Part shown: one piece after another, positions 62,193 through 64,000 of the stretch
Position numbering within the stretch: the stretch's first letter is position 1
Layout: the number at the start of each line of letters is the position of its first letter
Virus record (IMG/VR): IMGVR_UViG_3300011008_000022
From: a virus
DNA length: 64,000 nucleotides
Direction: 5' to 3' (one strand)
Program-made: the position numbers and the translations under genes
Notes under the pieces: model-generated
The model's database searches: none
Told to the model about the DNA's origin: nothing
Seen by the model: only the letters and a program-made list of their open reading frames with translations

Positions 62193-63661
62193 TGGCAAAG
62201 AAAACTGATAAGATGCAGCAGCTCATCAAGTCTGACAATAGCATCATCCGCGAACTCCGCGACCAGAAGTGGATCTACAATCCAAAAGTCTATGCTCAGG
62301 TGGCAGGCGACTTCTCCCTCATGCACCAGCGCGTCCTCATGGGTGTACTCGAAAAGTTGCAGGACCGCATCGCCTATTCTGCTTCCGAACATCAAAAGAA
62401 CCAGCAACTCTGGCTGCCGCTTTTCGCACCAGAGGAAATGAATACCTCCGTTGACTTCGAGATCGAGGCTCGTGACCTGGGTGTCACTCCTGGCCACTAT
62501 CCCGAACTGGCTCAGGCACTCGGCGACCTCGTAAGCATGAAGATAGGCTATCCGAAGAAAAAGGGCAATAAGACCGTCTATGTCTTCGCCTCGCTCTTCT
62601 CTCGCATTGAAATGCCTACCTCCGATAATGGCTGGCGCACCGGCAAAATCCGTGTCAAGATGGATAAGGAGAATGTCAACGACTTCCTCTCTATGGATCG
62701 TGGTTATACCGACCATATCGCCCGCATAGCCCAGTTCTCAAAGAAACAGCGCACACCGCGCATCTATATCTATCTCTCCACCTTCAAGTACAAAGGACGT
62801 AACGAGGTGGAGTACCCCGAACTCTGCGAATTTCTCGGCATCGACGATGCTACCTACGTCGCTACTCATAAGGCCGAGAAACCCGATGTCAAACCTACCG
62901 ACAATCCCTTCCACAAGTTCTCAAAGGTCAAGAAACTCATCCTCGACCCCTCTAAGGCCGAAATGGATGCTTTCTCTGCTGACCGCAAAATCGACTTCTC
63001 TTTCACCTACGAACCGCTCTATAAGGATGGACGCAAAAAGGGCAATCCTACCCATATCGAGTTTGTCATTGTCCCTGGTGCCCTCGGCATCGAACGCGAA
63101 CAGGAACGCAAGCGCCACAACCAGATACAGGCGCTCATCAATGCCCTCACCCGTCAGTGGTCCGACCTCCATGCCTACGACCTCCTCGAAGTCGCTAAGG
63201 ATGTTGCTGATGATTGGCTCGACGACTTCTGCAACTATGCCTATGATGATGTGCGCCGCCAGGTGGAGAAAACACAGCCCGACCATGTAGCCGAATACGT
63301 CCTCACCCTCCTGCAGACGTGGGTCAAGAATAAGACCAACGAGGCTCGCCGTTTGGAGGTAGAGCGCAAACGTCAGTACGACATCTTCGTCCAGCAGCAG
63401 GCAGAAAGCCGGTGGCGTTCGCTGATGCAGGAACTCGGCGCACAGACCCCTCTCCGTGCCCGTCAGATCAACATCGAGCGCTATGACGAAGAAACTCACA
63501 CCCTCACCATCGCCCTCGCCGGCAAGGATATCTACGACCAGATAGAACCTATCACCGACGACCAGGGCAACACCATCACCAAAGGCATCTATCAGGATAT
63601 CTGGTTTTCTCTTGTGCGCAAATACTTTCCCCGCTCCATAGTCCAGTACCGCATGTCCTGA
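62192..63661 (+). CDS. replication initiator candidate (Rep_3/RepB-like N-terminus)
   Basis: SNSIIRELRDQ...FSLMHQRVLMGVLEKLQ resembles iteron-plasmid initiator N-termini. The ORF is flanked by direct repeats. 489 aa. Confidence 0.5.
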   Translation: MAKKTDKMQQLIKSDNSIIRELRDQKWIYNPKVYAQVAGDFSLMHQRVLMGVLEKLQDRIAYSASEHQKNQQLWLPLFAPEEMNTSVDFEIEARDLGVTPGHYPELAQALGDLVSMKIGYPKKKGNKTVYVFASLFSRIEMPTSDNGWRTGKIRVKMDKENVNDFLSMDRGYTDHIARIAQFSKKQRTPRIYIYLSTFKYKGRNEVEYPELCEFLGIDDATYVATHKAEKPDVKPTDNPFHKFSKVKKLILDPSKAEMDAFSADRKIDFSFTYEPLYKDGRKKGNPTHIEFVIVPGALGIEREQERKRHNQIQALINALTRQWSDLHAYDLLEVAKDVADDWLDDFCNYAYDDVRRQVEKTQPDHVAEYVLTLLQTWVKNKTNEARRLEVERKRQYDIFVQQQAESRWRSLMQELGAQTPLRARQINIERYDEETHTLTIALAGKDIYDQIEPITDDQGNTITKGIYQDIWFSLVRKYFPRSIVQYRMS

Positions 63662-63688
63662 AGTTACGCTTTTTTACCCCTAACCGTT

Positions 63689-63715
63689 CCCAGCCTTTCT
63701 CGGCTGGGCTTTTTT
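63689..63715 (+). terminator. H1 hairpin plus T6
   Basis: CCCAGCC-TTTCT-CGGCTGGG followed by CTTTTTT. Confidence 0.6.
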
Positions 63716-63741
63716 GTCCCTTTCCTCTCGCTGGTTCTTCA

Positions 63742-63749
63742 TATCTTTG
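63742..63749 (+). promoter_or_regulatory. -7 promoter box (TATCTTTG)
   Basis: TAnnTTTG match 27 nt upstream of ATG 63776. Confidence 0.5.
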
Positions 63750-63775
63750 CCATTGTAATCAAAGATATTATAGCC

Positions 63776-64000
63776 ATGCAGAAAAAATCACTTATTCCCC
63801 GTTCCGTGTGCTGCTATCTCGTAGCAGCCTTATGTGCTTTCTCTGTGCTCTCTTGCACCACGTCTCGTACCGCCACCTCCACTGTCACCCATAGTGAGGG
63901 CGATAGCCTCCGTGCGCTCTCAGCTCAGTATGCTGCCGTCTCACAGCAGCTGTCTCGTTACGACTCCCTCTTTGCCCAGATGCAGGCTCGCATCACTGCC
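63776..64000 (+). CDS. lipoprotein (partial, runs off window end)
   Basis: MQKKSLIPRSVCCYLVAALCAFSVLSCTTS has a lipobox (VLSC). The frame stays open to the window edge. Confidence 0.5.
   Translation, partial: MQKKSLIPRSVCCYLVAALCAFSVLSCTTSRTATSTVTHSEGDSLRALSAQYAAVSQQLSRYDSLFAQMQARITA

Overview
This window is 64 kb of a densely packed, almost entirely plus-strand genome of a tailed phage or phage-plasmid. The host looks Bacteroidota-like: repeated TAnnTTTG -7 promoter boxes, no Shine-Dalgarno sequences, A-rich leaders. Layout: (1) 131-8312, early and DNA-modification genes including two DNA methyltransferases. (2) 8532-19750, late operon with an S49 prohead protease/scaffold, capsid candidate and large terminase. 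(3) A diversity-generating retroelement (DGR) with VR1 at 19578-19696, TR at 20052-20170 and the reverse transcriptase at 20503-21849, plus a second, remote VR at 1007-1122. (4) 21915-43066, tail/fibre genes, amidase endolysin and holin candidate. (5) 43187-46475, a small divergent minus-strand/HTH switch region and two secreted or lipoprotein genes. (6) 46476-47825, a 1.3 kb non-coding block with several short-repeat families and a GC-rich island. (7) 47826-63661, a module with a J-domain protein, a third methyltransferase, a truncated NAD-dependent ligase, a ParA/RHH pair, iterons and a Rep-like initiator. I saw no integrase, tRNA, rRNA or CRISPR array. Apart from the DGR, the strongest signal is several covarying hairpin families placed 16-20 nt upstream of start codons. 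Copies of these hairpins also sit in frame inside at least nine ORFs. All functional calls come from motif recognition by eye; no database search was possible.
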